From positions 15,744,001 to 15,808,000 of the forward strand of contig CP068257.2 in NCBI GenBank assembly GCA_009914755.4: a DNA stretch of 64,000 nucleotides. The letters are read 5' to 3'. Both the position numbers and the translations under genes were made by a program. This DNA is from the human T2T-CHM13v2.0 reference genome, Homo sapiens. Of this stretch, positions 1 to 13,790 are shown piece after piece. The notes below the pieces were generated by a model. The model had not been told where the DNA came from. It ran no database searches and was given only the letters and a program-made list of their open reading frames with translations. Each line of letters opens with the position of its first letter. The first letter of the stretch is position 1.

Positions 1-1198
1 AATGTAGAGTATGTTTAAAGAAGTCTTTCTAAATACATCAATAATTTCTCTATTATTCATACTCTGGGGATATTATAAAGGAGGCTATTTCTATTCATAG
101 TATGGAAACAAAATGAAAATTTTATTACTTTATAAGTATTTATTTAATATAAAAATATTCTAAGGGCTGGACCTCTTTCCTTTGCCCATTTTAATTGAAC
201 AATGGATGGACTATGAAGAAAAAGTAATCCAAGAATAAAAAAATACAAATCAAAGTTTCAGTTTGAAAAAAAATTATCATCCAAGAAATAATCATTTCCT
301 TTTTATATTAAAAAATGTTCTCTTTATTCTCATTTCCCAATATAATAATATTTTAGTGTTAGCCTGGAGTCTGTGCCAAATGATTACACAGTATGTCTAC
401 TTCCTGACCCATAGGGAGTTAATCTTCGATAAAAAACAAGCTCAGGTAATGAAAGATCTTCCTGTTAATTGCAAGTGATAGGAAACACACACACACATTT
501 CTCTTACTCCTTCCTGAAACCCCACTAAAATAACAAAAATGATGTGAAAGGGCATAATTCCACAAAAATGAGGAGAACAGAAAAGGTGATTATAGAAGAT
601 GATTACTGTACACCAAAAAAAGATGATTATTGTACACAAAATGAAAAGCTTATAACCTTTGGTAAATGGCTTTGGACTCATATATCTCTGCTCTGCTGAG
701 TACCTGAAAAAGAAAAAAACAACTAGAAGAAAGTTGATTCATGAACTCAGAAAACTTCTATCAATAGAGGAACCAGGGGCCTCTGAAGGTGTTAAGTTTG
801 CAAGTAGGGCTGAAAACAGAAGAATTTGTTAAAAGTCTGAAAAAGGAGGTAACAGACTCTTCAGTCTCCTCCCACCGTCCATGCAGGCAGGTGACTACAT
901 GTCACAAAAGATGGTAGGTTTCTTATTAATAACATAGACGTTCATTGGATAACATAGATGTTCAATCAGTCTATTTTCAGAAGAGTGAGATTTCTAGTTC
1001 CCTTCTGGTAGTAGGCCCTCAGAACAATGACTGTTAGACTTATACTCCATCATAGGAGATAATGAAAATGTCCTTTAGGGAAACTGTCTAGCCCTATGAA
1101 TACCGACAGCCAAGAATCCCCCAAGACAGCCAGCTCCTGCCTGAGCTCTCTACAGTAAAACCTGACACACTTGATAAGCTTCACAGGAACATGGGACT

Positions 1199-1516
<318 letters not shown>

Positions 1517-1994
1517 TGAATATGGAACTTCTAATCAGGATTTACTGCCACTCTTTATAAAAAATAATTTATTTTAAAATAACTTACATAAAAACTTTCA
1601 GATCAGAACAAAGAATTCTTGTATCCCTTTCATTCAGATTGTCCAAACATTAACATTTTTCTGAATATGCATGGACACCAACCCCGTCTCTCTGTGTATA
1701 TGTAGGGAGAGGAAGTGATCCATTATCATTAGTCATACTCTGAACTTTTTAAGAGAAAGCTTCAGACACGATGTCCCATTATCCCTAAATAATCCAGTGT
1801 GTATTTCCCCAAAACAAGAAAACTCTCCCATTCAAATTTTGCCAACTGTCCAAAACTCTCTCTTTTTCCTTTCTGGTTCAGGATTGTTCCAAGGAATATA
1901 TGTTGCATGTAGTTCTTATGTCTCATCATATTCATTCAGCTTAAAACAATAATTCTGCCTTTGATGTCCTTAACCATTTTTAAAGAGTAAAAGC

Positions 1995-2374
<380 letters not shown>

Positions 2375-2445
2375 TCACAGGAATATTACGGAAACTATGC
2401 TGTGCTTTTCCCACTGTATCTCATCAGGATGTACAAACTTAGCAA

Positions 2446-2450
<5 letters not shown>

Positions 2451-2496
<46 letters not shown>
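2451..2496. repeat. (AC)n dinucleotide microsatellite, ~23 units
   Basis: uninterrupted acacac... run. Confidence 0.95.
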
Positions 2497-2501
<5 letters not shown>

Positions 2502-3492
2502 ATTAAGCCTGAGAAGTATAAGTACAAGGAAAGTACAAGAAAGGAAATGAAGCCAGAGTTTACTACGATAAAGAACTGGGAATGGTCTGAGACTTCATCT
2601 TATTTGCAAGCCAACAAGTTAGCCTGCCATAGTTTCATGGATGCTGGGGAAAGACCTGAGACTCCCAGGTCAGAGGCAAAGGATTTTATTACTCACAAAA
2701 CAGTAAGCAATATGAGCTTTATGGTCACTCTGGTTCCCCTTGCCCTCCAGTTCCCATGGTGGTGACAAAGAGTATCCAAGGCAGATGCTGCATATGCAGT
2801 GGGTTTGTATCACAGCTAAAAAACCCTGAGCTTGGGGAACCTCAGTCTTTTATAATGGGTTGAAAGCAAACCTACATGACTTTTGGCCCCGTGGAAGACA
2901 TTATCTTTACCATACTGGATAGTAAACACACCTGTCATCTGCTCTGGAGGGAGATGCTGTCTCTATAGTCCAAGGCTATTCACTATATTTATATCCTGGA
3001 AATCGCAGTCTGGAACAAAACCTGTCACTACCTGTGCCCTTAAAATGTGCAGAAATATAAATGACCCATGAAGAATTGTTGTCCAACCACTGCGTGACTC
3101 ATCTCTGAAAATAATTACACATATCACAATAAGGTAAACTCTAGATGTTGGCTTACCCAAAAAATTGTGACTAAATATATTGGCAAAGGGGAGAAATGGG
3201 AGGAGTATGTTGGGGAAGGTAGACAGGCATAAAACATAATAAATTTTATATTCTATACTAGGAAATAAATAGATGACATCTAAAACAGAAAATCAAAAAA
3301 TAGAAGTAAAAGTGTATTACTTTTAAAATGTAGGAAAATAAATAAAAGTGTTAAGTGTGGTATTGCCTCTTAGGTATAGTTTTGTTTTCATGAAATGGGA
3401 AAGGTGGAACAAGCAAGCCCTTTTTTTCAGCATAAGCTATTTGACCTTTTTAACTATACACAAGATTATCTTCATAAAAATTAAAATACAAA

Positions 3493-3758
<266 letters not shown>

Positions 3759-3760
3759 AA

Positions 3761-4088
3761 GGCCAGGCATGGTGACTCACGCCTGTAATCCCACCACTTT
3801 GGGAGGTCAAGGCCGGCAGATCACTTCAGGTCAAGAGTTCGAGACCAGCCTGGCCAACATGGTGAAACCCCGTCTCTACTAAAAATACAAAAATTAGCCA
3901 GGTGTGGTCGTGCACACCTATAATCCCAGCTACTCAGAAGACTGGGGCAGGAGAATCACTTGAACCAGGAGGCAGAGGTTGCAGTGAGCTGAGATCACTC
4001 CACTGCACTCCAGCCTGGGTGACAGAGCAAGATCCTGTCTCAAGATCCTTTTAAGGCTCCATCTCAAAAAAAAAAAAAAAAAAAAAAA
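3761..4088 (+). mobile_element. Alu SINE, full length, with small internal duplication near 3' end
   Basis: 'ggccaggcatggtgactcacgcctgtaatccc...' both arms present; 'gatcctgtctcaagatccttttaaggctccatctc' duplicated before a ~30-nt A-tail. Confidence 0.9.
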
Positions 4089-4268
4089 TTAGCCAGGCAT
4101 GGTAGCACCCTTCTGTAATCCCAGCTACTCAGGGGGCTGAAATGGGAGGAACGCTTGATCCCAGGAGGTAGAGACTGCAGTGAGCCATGATCGCACCACT
4201 GCACTCCAACCTGGATGACAGGGCAAGATGCTGTCTCGAAAAAATAAAATAAAAGATAAAATAAAAAA
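4089..4268 (+). mobile_element. Alu right-arm fragment
   Basis: 'ttagccaggcatggtagcacccttctgtaatcccagctactcagg...cactgcactccaacctgg...aaaataaaataaaa'. Confidence 0.8.
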
Positions 4269-5180
4269 TGTAATTTAATTTAGAGAGAGAGGGAAATAGA
4301 AAGAGCTCCTGGAGCACAATAGTTTTATTATAATCATTAGATTATGGCTTGAGGAAATCTGCCCCAAACATCTCTAAAGAACTAATAAGGATATAGGCAC
4401 CTCAGTGTTTGAAAAGGTAGCTTTTAAAGGCATAAAGCCAGTTGCCTTATCTTAAGGAACAGACATTCACTGTCAGACTATAGGACAACACCCTCAGCCC
4501 TGGTAGGTATGATTGGATTTCCACTCTAGCATTCACTGGGCACAATAGCTACGCGCTCTTCTCAAAGGATGTTGGAAGACACAAAATGACCTCATTGCTG
4601 GTATGGTGTCCGCAATAATATCTCCCAGCTGCTCTAGGCTGTATTCACAACAAAGGAAGCTTGACTTTGTGCAGCCCTCCAGGCTGTTAACTCTCAGGAG
4701 CCCATCCATCTACAACAGACAATATGGATAGGAACAACGTGGGGGTGGAGGTGGAAAAAAACAGTGAAAAAGAAAAAAATGCTAACATATTTCAATTTCA
4801 TAAAGAGTCAAGTGTTATGTCACTTAACGTTTTCTTCCAATCTTTTTTGATACTAAAAAATAAAAGCAAAAAATTATGGAAGTGTATAAAGTAGAAATCA
4901 AAAGCACCCCATCCTACTTAATCATTCCCTAATTCCACTCCGCAGAAGTAACGGTTTTCAACCGTTCAAAATCTTTCCTTCCAGATATTTTTAGAATGCA
5001 AATATTTGCGCTTATATACATGTGAGCATACTGACTTGTTTTACCTAGATTATATCATACTATACATGCAAATTTGCCTTGTGTTTACTTTGCTTAAATG
5101 ATTGCAAGATTGTTCTACCAGTACATAAAATCTGCCTTCCTCATTCTTTCTAAGAGCTGCAGTTTCTATTAATGATTACT

Positions 5181-5492
<312 letters not shown>

Positions 5493-6426
5493 CTTATTTC
5501 CAGTTTTATCCTGTTATAAGCAATACCCATTCTTTTCCTATTTCTGTGCTGTTATTTGAGTATTTGTGAAGGATAAACTCTTCCAAGTCGAATCTGTGTC
5601 AGTGGGTATACAGAGTTTTCACATGGCTGCACCATACAGTCTTTGCAACCATACTGTAAAGCTAATAGTCTTGCTTTCATTTTAATATTAAGGAAAGTGA
5701 GAACCACAACATCCGGTATTTTCACCCAAAGTCTGGCAGAAATTAAGTGCAAAGATTAAAACTACATTCCTTTCAAATCCAAGTTCAAGAGTGGCTTAGA
5801 CAGACAACGTCAAGAGCAGCAGTGGGCAGAATGGAGGCTTCTGGAGCAGGCATGTAGACACCCCTAAATGCTTAGGATGAGTAAACCAGAACTCCTTACT
5901 GACCAGACTGTGTAGCTCCAGCCTTTTACCATTCCCAAGATGAGGACGGTCCAGGACAGCTTTACAGAGATAACAAAGAAGTAGGATTGGCAACCCAACA
6001 AGTCAAAGTAGCCGTAACCGTAGCCACTCCCATGACCAAGCAGAAGCAGCTTCCAGAAGGAAGCAGATAGATTTGTTGTTGTGACAGTCTGGGACAGCCA
6101 CACTTTGGGTGGAACAAATGAGGGCCACTGAGTCACAGAGGAACTTGGAGGCTAAGGCAGAGTGAACTGTGAATTCGAAAGACTTTCCCTGTGTTATCAA
6201 ACACTAATGAGAAACTGATCACATAGTGGTTAGTGTTACATAAAATTAACCTATAAACCTCCACATTCATGGGTGCAAAGCTTTAGTTACATCTCAAAGA
6301 AGAGTTTTGATTTTAAAATGTATGTATTCAATGTTCTTCTTTCATAAGCCAAAAATATTCTTTATTTTCATAATAGTAATGTGTCGTTTGTTGACTACCT
6401 ATAACTTCCAGACACTGTTAGAGGCT

Positions 6427-6676
6427 TTCTTTCTTTCTTTCTTTCTTTCTTTTTTTTTGGAGACAGAGTCTTGGCTCTGTTACCCAGGCTGGAATGCAGT
6501 GAGTAGCTGGGAATACAGGTACATACCACCATGCCCGGCTAATTTTTTTTTATTTTTAGAAGAGACGTGCTTTTGCCATGTTGGCCAGGCTGGTTTTGAT
6601 CTCCTGACCTCAAGTGATCCGCACGCCTTGGCCTCCCAAAGTGCTGGTATTATAGGCGTGAGCCACCACGCCCAGT
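6427..6676 (-). mobile_element. Alu SINE, reverse, internal deletion, (CTTT)n-modified tail
   Basis: (ctttcttt)n + poly-T head, rc Alu body, ends 'gtgagccaccacgcccagtcc'; flanked by TSD 'tagaggctttc' (approx 6412-6422 and 6679-6689). Confidence 0.9.
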
Positions 6677-6698
6677 CCTAGAGGCTTTCAAAAATATA

Positions 6699-6990
<292 letters not shown>

Positions 6991-8495
6991 TTACAATATG
7001 CCTTCCTTTAATCCTTGTGAATTTGAAGTTGTTTTCTTTTAATATAAAGCAAAATTGATCTATAACTATACAGCCAAGAATTAGCAAATATCTGCAGAAA
7101 ACCTCTAATAAAATGCAAAGACCACAATAAACAAACAGAAAGGAAAACTTAGGAAAAATAGAAACTATGCCAGGAGAAGAAAACAAAAAAAAAATTATAT
7201 ATAAAATGAAAATAAGAATCTATACTTTTAAAAAGAACATTCAGAAAATAAGTAAAATGAAAACATAAATTAAAAAGTCATTTATGTGGATGTGGAGAGA
7301 GGGGGAGTATGTTAGTATTTAGGAAATTTACCACAGATTTGAGCTAAAATAAGAGAGAAATTATGGAAATTTAAAAACCATACAAAGAGACCAAAGGTTT
7401 TAGCAAATAGAGAGTAAGTCACTGAAGAAATAAGTTTGTTAATTACCCAGAACTCTCAGATAAGTTTCCAGGTTGAAAAAGTTAATTACACATACAACAT
7501 AATAGACAAAAATAGAACCATGTACGTCGTGAAATTTCAGGAAAATGGCACAAAAAAAGATCCTAAGAGTTTCCAGAAAGAAAAAAGAAAAAAAAAAAGG
7601 TTAAATACAAAGAATGCCTTCAGACTTCTCACCAAGAAGACTAGAAAGTAAAAGGCAATAGAACAATGCCTTAGAAATTCTGAAGGGACATTTTTCCCCA
7701 AACTCAAATACTGTATCCAGATAAACCCTCCATTGACTGTGATGATAGAGAGTCAAGAAAATAGCTTTCAGACATGCAAGGACTGAAAAAAGTTGCCTCC
7801 CGTGCATTCTTCGTCAGGATGCTACTAAAAGATTAGGCCCATTAATAGGAGGGAATAAATCAAGAAACAGGAAAGTATAAAATACAGGGAAAAGGAGATT
7901 CAACATGAGAAAGGGGTGGCAGGACTCTACTAGATGATGTAAATAGTACAGAATGACAGCTGTACACTGGCATAGAGGACTAGTTCCAACTGCAGTTAGT
8001 CAAAAGCCTCTGGAAGAAATTTCTCCCAGCACAATGTAATTGCTAGAATATCCCCAGATAACTGGCAAAGGCTTTGTGTTAAATAGCATGTTTTCCAAAC
8101 TGGGATGTACTGACAGCAAGAGAAAGCATTGCTATTTATTACACCAGACAAACAGGCATAGACTGGGATGAAGGGTCAGAGTGGTATGAACAAAAGAATC
8201 TTCAAGAAAGGAAAATGGTCATAGTGGCATGAACAAAAGGAACATTATGATTACAAACCTGTGAATATCTCTCATAATATGTGAACACTGATTTTTAATC
8301 CAAACAAAATTACAGCATAATCATAGTGAAAAAATAAGTAAATATATGGAAGGAGTGGATAGGTGTGGTGAAGATGGGAGAAGAAAGAAAACAAAATCCT
8401 CATCTTCTACAGTGAGAAACTGATAGACAACGCATAAAACTGAAAAATAAAGTAGTCCTATAAGCATGTTATTTACAGGCAAAAAAGTAAATACA

Positions 8496-8620
8496 AGCTG
8501 GGCATAGTAGTGTGCACCTGTAGTTTCAGCTACTTGGGAAGGCTGAGGTGGGAGGATCACTTGGGCCCAGGAGTTTGAAGCCAGCCTAAGCAACAAAGTG
8601 GAAACTCATCTTTAAAAAAA
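8496..8620 (+). mobile_element. Alu monomer/fragment whose A-tail continues into the polypurine tract
   Basis: 'agctgggcatagtagtgtgcacctgtagtttcagctacttgggaaggctgaggtgggaggatcacttg...'. Confidence 0.7.
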
Positions 8621-8940
8621 AAGAAGAAAGGAGGGAAAGAAGGAGAAAGAGAGAGAGGGGGAGGAATGAAGGAAGGAAGGGAAGGAGGAAGGGAAGGAGA
8701 AAGGAAGGGATGAAGGAAAGAAAGAGAAAAAGAGGAAGGGAGGGAGGAAGGAAGGAAGGAGGGAGAAGGGAAGGGAGGGAGGGAAGGAAAGAGAGAGAGA
8801 GGGAAAGAAAGAGAGAAAGAAGGAAAGAAAGAAAGAAAAAGAGAAAGAAAGAAAGGAAGAAAGAGAAAGAAGGAAGGAAGGAAGAGAGAAAGAGAAAGAA
8901 AGAAAGAGAAAGGGAGGGAGGGAGGGAGGAAGGAAGATAG
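8621..8940. repeat. long polypurine/polypyrimidine tract (mixed GGAA/GAAA/GGGA/GAGA), ~320 bp
   Basis: top strand almost exclusively G/A for ~320 nt; produces artefactual K/E/R-rich and S/F/L-rich ORFs on the two strands. Confidence 0.9.
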
Positions 8941-9846
8941 GAAGATGGGGGAATGTAGTTTTCCCTAGGGAGAAGAAGATGGGCAGACAGGAACAGGGAA
9001 CTGCTGTTTTTCATAATTATTTGACTCTTTCAGCTTTATACATTTATATCTTTGATAAGAACAAAAAGTAAAAACAAAAATAAAGATGGGAGAGAGAGGA
9101 AAGAAGGGAGGGAGGGAGAGGGCAACATATGTAGTTTTCATCTAGTATAACTTAAAAATGTCAATAGAAATATCAAATCCAAGCTACATTTGACAGGATT
9201 TTCCAAAGTGTAGTTTATTTTGCTTTGGTGAGTTGCAGGGAAAGGGCAGGCAGAGTCTATGTAAAAGAAACCACCCTCCTTTGCGTTTACAAGAGTAAGG
9301 AAACGAGGGCAAACTGAGCTGATGCTGGAGCATGCCGGGTAGTTATGTATTCAGAAATGAGCCACTCCGCAGTGTGTGTTTGCAAAGCCGTGAATCGTGG
9401 GCCTTTAATTTTCTTCGTGGGATTTTCAATAACCAACAGATGTTACTGAGCAATCTATAAAATGCAATTGTGAAAATAAAGGGAAAAAAACCACCCACAC
9501 CTTTTCTTTCTTTGCTATGTTCTTATGGTTGCTGCTACTTCACCCAAACAGATATTGCCTTTTCTGAAGGCACCAAATACCTGTTTGTAATTTGATTTTC
9601 AGAAATCTTAGCCAACATGTTCTGATTAGGCCTAAAGAAAATACGGTGTTGCTAATACCTCTTCATCACTGACTTACCTCCTTCAGGGGTTTGGGAAAAG
9701 GCTATTTTTTTTTTCTAAATTTCATCAGTGATATACTTGTGCAAAGCCCTGTGTGAAGACTATTATCAGAGGCTGCCTCCTGGTAGATATGGACCCCCTG
9801 CCCTCAAACTCTCTACTATAGGTACATATTTTCTTATCTTCTCTGA

Positions 9847-10441
<595 letters not shown>

Positions 10442-10719
10442 CGCGTTTTTTTTTAATAGACTCCACTATAAAACATTTACTAATTCAACTCACATCCTTG
10501 AACTTAAAAACAGAGAAACAATCTAACTTACTGTCAACAATTGCTACAGGCCATGGGATGCCCCCTGCTTTTATGGCACCATGGACCCAGCATTTAGGGG
10601 AGGCAGTAGAGACACATCTAGGACTGAATTCCTACTCCACAAGTGTCTAGCTGTGTAATTTTTTAGGTATTAATCATGCCATACCTCAGTTTCTCTATCT
10701 GTAAAGTAAAAACTGTAAG

Positions 10720-11010
10720 GCCCAGCCAGGCACCGTGACTCATGCCTGTAATCACAATACTTTGAGAGGCTGAGGCAGGTGGATCACCTGAGGTCAGGAG
10801 TTCGAGACCAGCCTTATCAACATAGCAAAACACCATCTCTAACAAAAACTATCCGGGTGTGGTTGCGTAAACCTGTAATCCCAGATACTCAGGAGGCTGA
10901 GGCAGGAGAATTGCTTGAACCCGTGAGGTGGAGGTTGGGTTGCAGTGAGCTGAGAGATCACACCACTTCAACTTCACTCCAGCCTGGGCAAAAAAGCGAA
11001 ACTCCGTCAA
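10720..11010 (+). mobile_element. Alu SINE, full length; A-tail replaced by (GAAA)n
   Basis: 'ggcccagccaggcaccgtgactcatgcctgtaatc...' through '...cactccagcctgggcaaaaaagcgaaactccgtc'. Confidence 0.9.
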
Positions 11011-11095
11011 ACAAAAGAAAAGAAAGAAAGAAAGGAAAGAAAGGAAAGAAAGAAAGAAAGGAAGGAAGGAAGGAAGGAAGGAAGGAAGGAAGGAA

Positions 11096-11160
<65 letters not shown>

Positions 11161-11218
11161 GAAGAAAGAAAGAAAGAAAGAAAGAAAGGAAAGGAAAGAA
11201 TGGAAAGAAAGGAAGAAA

Positions 11219-11278
<60 letters not shown>

Positions 11279-11296
11279 AGAAAGAAAGAAAGAAAA
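11011..11296. repeat. (GAAA)n / (GGAA)n tetranucleotide microsatellite, ~285 bp
   Basis: near-perfect gaaa repeats with a central ggaa block; directly abuts the Alu 3' end. Confidence 0.95.
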
Positions 11297-11924
11297 GATA
11301 AAACAGTAAGGCCTTCACATATGCTTTACCACAGTAAGTGGCTTACTTCAGTAAGGCAATCAACAAACACAGAACTCTCTTTCCTCTTATTTCTTGAGGC
11401 ATGGGGAAAGAGTATGCAGGCATGCCTACTTTCCCTTTCACATGACCCAGGTTCTGCACTGTCTCCTCTTATTTGGGATATGAGAAGAAAGGGAAGATGT
11501 TAGCCAATGAAAGACATCCTTGTGAGCTTGCATTCAATTCACATTAAAGGATCTGGAAAATCAGATCAACCCCCTGGGTTCTGCCCTTTCACTCAAGAGT
11601 CTGGACTTTGTTAAATCACCGGCAGATATATATTTTTTTTCGGTGACACTGTCAAATCAAAGGCCAGTGAGAGCTAGCAGGATTTCTCTCTTTGAAAAGG
11701 GTTTCTAAACAGAAATTACAGGACAATAGTAACTCACTTGTGTCCCTTTAGGAAACGCAGTAAAGAAAAACCATAAGCCATACAACAGACAAATAAATTA
11801 GCAGATTATAACCAGGAATTCCTCATCTTTTCTTCTTGGGTATTGTCTATATTATGATCTTGCATTTGTATAGAATAGAATACACAAAAATCTTAGGGCC
11901 TAGAATATTAGAGGCACTTAAAAC

Positions 11925-12030
11925 CAGTAACCCCAATTTACAGATATAGAAACTGTTCACAGAGATCAATAGCCTTTTCCAACTTACTACAGCTTATTAG
12001 CAGTGGGTCTTATTTCTATCCATGCACTTT
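11925..12030 (+). mobile_element. possible MIR SINE fragment
   Basis: 'ccccaatttacagatatagaaactgttcacagag...' resembles the MIR core 'ccccattttacagatgaggaaactgaggcacagag'. Confidence 0.35.
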
Positions 12031-12040
12031 ACTCTTTAGC

Positions 12041-12170
12041 TTGCAATTCACCAGCTTTAGCTTGCAATTTCAGACACAATGCAATTCATACACAATGCAA
12101 TTCACAATTTAGCTTGCAATTCACTAGCTTTAGCTTGCAATTTCATACACAATGCAATTGTGTATGAAAA
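12041..12170. repeat. local tandem duplication (~65-70 bp unit, about 2 copies)
   Basis: 'ttgcaattcac[c/t]agctttagcttgcaatttca[g/t]acacaatgcaattca' occurs twice in tandem; second copy ends in the small hairpin 'cacaat-gca-attgtg'. Confidence 0.7.
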
Positions 12171-12264
12171 CTGTATTTTTGCGTGCCACAGATTTATATA
12201 ACTATATTATTCTGTGATTTAGGAATGAGCTAATAGGCTTTACTTTTATTTTAAGGAACTCTCA

Positions 12265-12600
<336 letters not shown>

Positions 12601-13629
12601 GTTAAAGGGTGAGTGTAAAAGGAAAGGCTGGGTGTTTGGGGAATCAAATAGAAAATAAGGAAATTGTCTAACACTTCATTGGCAAGTCTAGAAATAAAAA
12701 CGAGACTGTTTTTTCTGTTTCTTTCCTCCTTTGTATTGTCCTTAGGTTCCTCTCTGAAGGCAGAAATGTCAAAGATGCTTTGCTAAAACCCAAAAAGTTG
12801 CTATGCAACCTACATTTAAAATTATTTCTTCCTACCTAGAATCCCAGGGATCTATAATTTTGCCATCTAAGAGAGAAACATGCCACGTCAGAAGGAAGGA
12901 GAATATGACAGCAGATTTTGGAATCAATTGTCAATGTAGTTTGCTAGCTTATCATGGTTTCTTAGACACTGTGTGAGCAAATCTCACAAATGGAACTGAT
13001 TTACCATAAAAATGTGCCTAATTTCCATTAAATCTTGTTCGTTGCTTTACTGAGGCACTGAAGTTACCAATGTTCCACTGGTTGACCCTGCGGGGCTATC
13101 TCTAGGTTATGTTACTCCAGAAAATGAATTGTGTATAAAAGAGGCCTTGGAGGAAGGCGTTTTATTCACATCAGTTGTTTTGCACATTGCTTAAGCTAGA
13201 GATGTTAGCAGCTTCTTAAAGAGAGCAGCATTAGCCAGACCTTTGGGGCAATAGTGGGAAATGGAAGTTTCTCTGTCCTATGCTTGATAGAACCATGTCG
13301 GTTGAGACACGTTTCTATCATGCATAGGGCAGGGTATAAGAAATCTGTTTTCAGAGACTTCATGGGATAAATGAAGGCTTAAGAGCCCTTCATATCTCAG
13401 TTAAAATCCCAGAGCTGCTATTTGCCCTTGATGAAGTTAACCTTCAAAAGTCATTTCCTTCTTCTAGAATAGGCATGAACCAACTCAAGGGGTTATGATG
13501 AGAATTAAATTTTAAAATCATATGTAAGGTGCTCATCCCAGATGTGGTCATCAGTATGTACATAACAAATGCCAGCAATCTTTTTGATTACAGTGATGAT
13601 GATTATTCTAATTGAGGCACTGCAATTTA

Positions 13630-13790
13630 CCAGCAGTGTGTCCTTGAAAGCACATTTTCTTCAATTGGAAAATGAGGATAATAATATTTACCTTGCAGAG
13701 TTGTTCTGAGGACTAGAAATGCTGTATGGAAAGTAGCCACAGTATCTAGCCTCACACAGGTAGACTCTTGATAACTTGTTGTTCTTGCTA
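13630..13790 (-). mobile_element. MIR SINE fragment (reverse)
   Basis: 'ttcaattggaaaatgaggataataatatttaccttgcagagttgttctgaggact...' matches rc MIR 'ttcctcatctgtaaaatggggataataatagtacctacctcatagggttgttgtgagga'. Confidence 0.5.

Noticed and set aside
8586-9014. ORFs of 76-176 aa with K/E/R-rich or S/F/L-rich products (8586-9014 -, 8710-8940 +, 10779-11309 +, 11007-11318 -, 43316-43672 -, 43378-43656 +, 47172-47432 +)
   Set aside because: They are translations of polypurine/polypyrimidine microsatellites in both strands. Their composition is entirely repeat-driven, with no start context or conservation logic.
11011-11296. CRISPR-like array (regular short repeats), also at 43421-43650 and 8621-8940
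   Set aside because: Repeat unit is 4 bp (GAAA/GGAA) with no unique spacers. These are eukaryotic microsatellites attached to Alu tails, not CRISPR repeats, which are about 28-37 bp with about 30-bp spacers.
13630-13790. tRNA genes (MIR and Alu are tRNA/7SL-derived, so tRNA-like A/B-box motifs appear)
   Set aside because: These are SINE-internal pol III promoter relics. I could trace no intact cloverleaf with an anticodon loop. No rRNA-like sequence was seen either.
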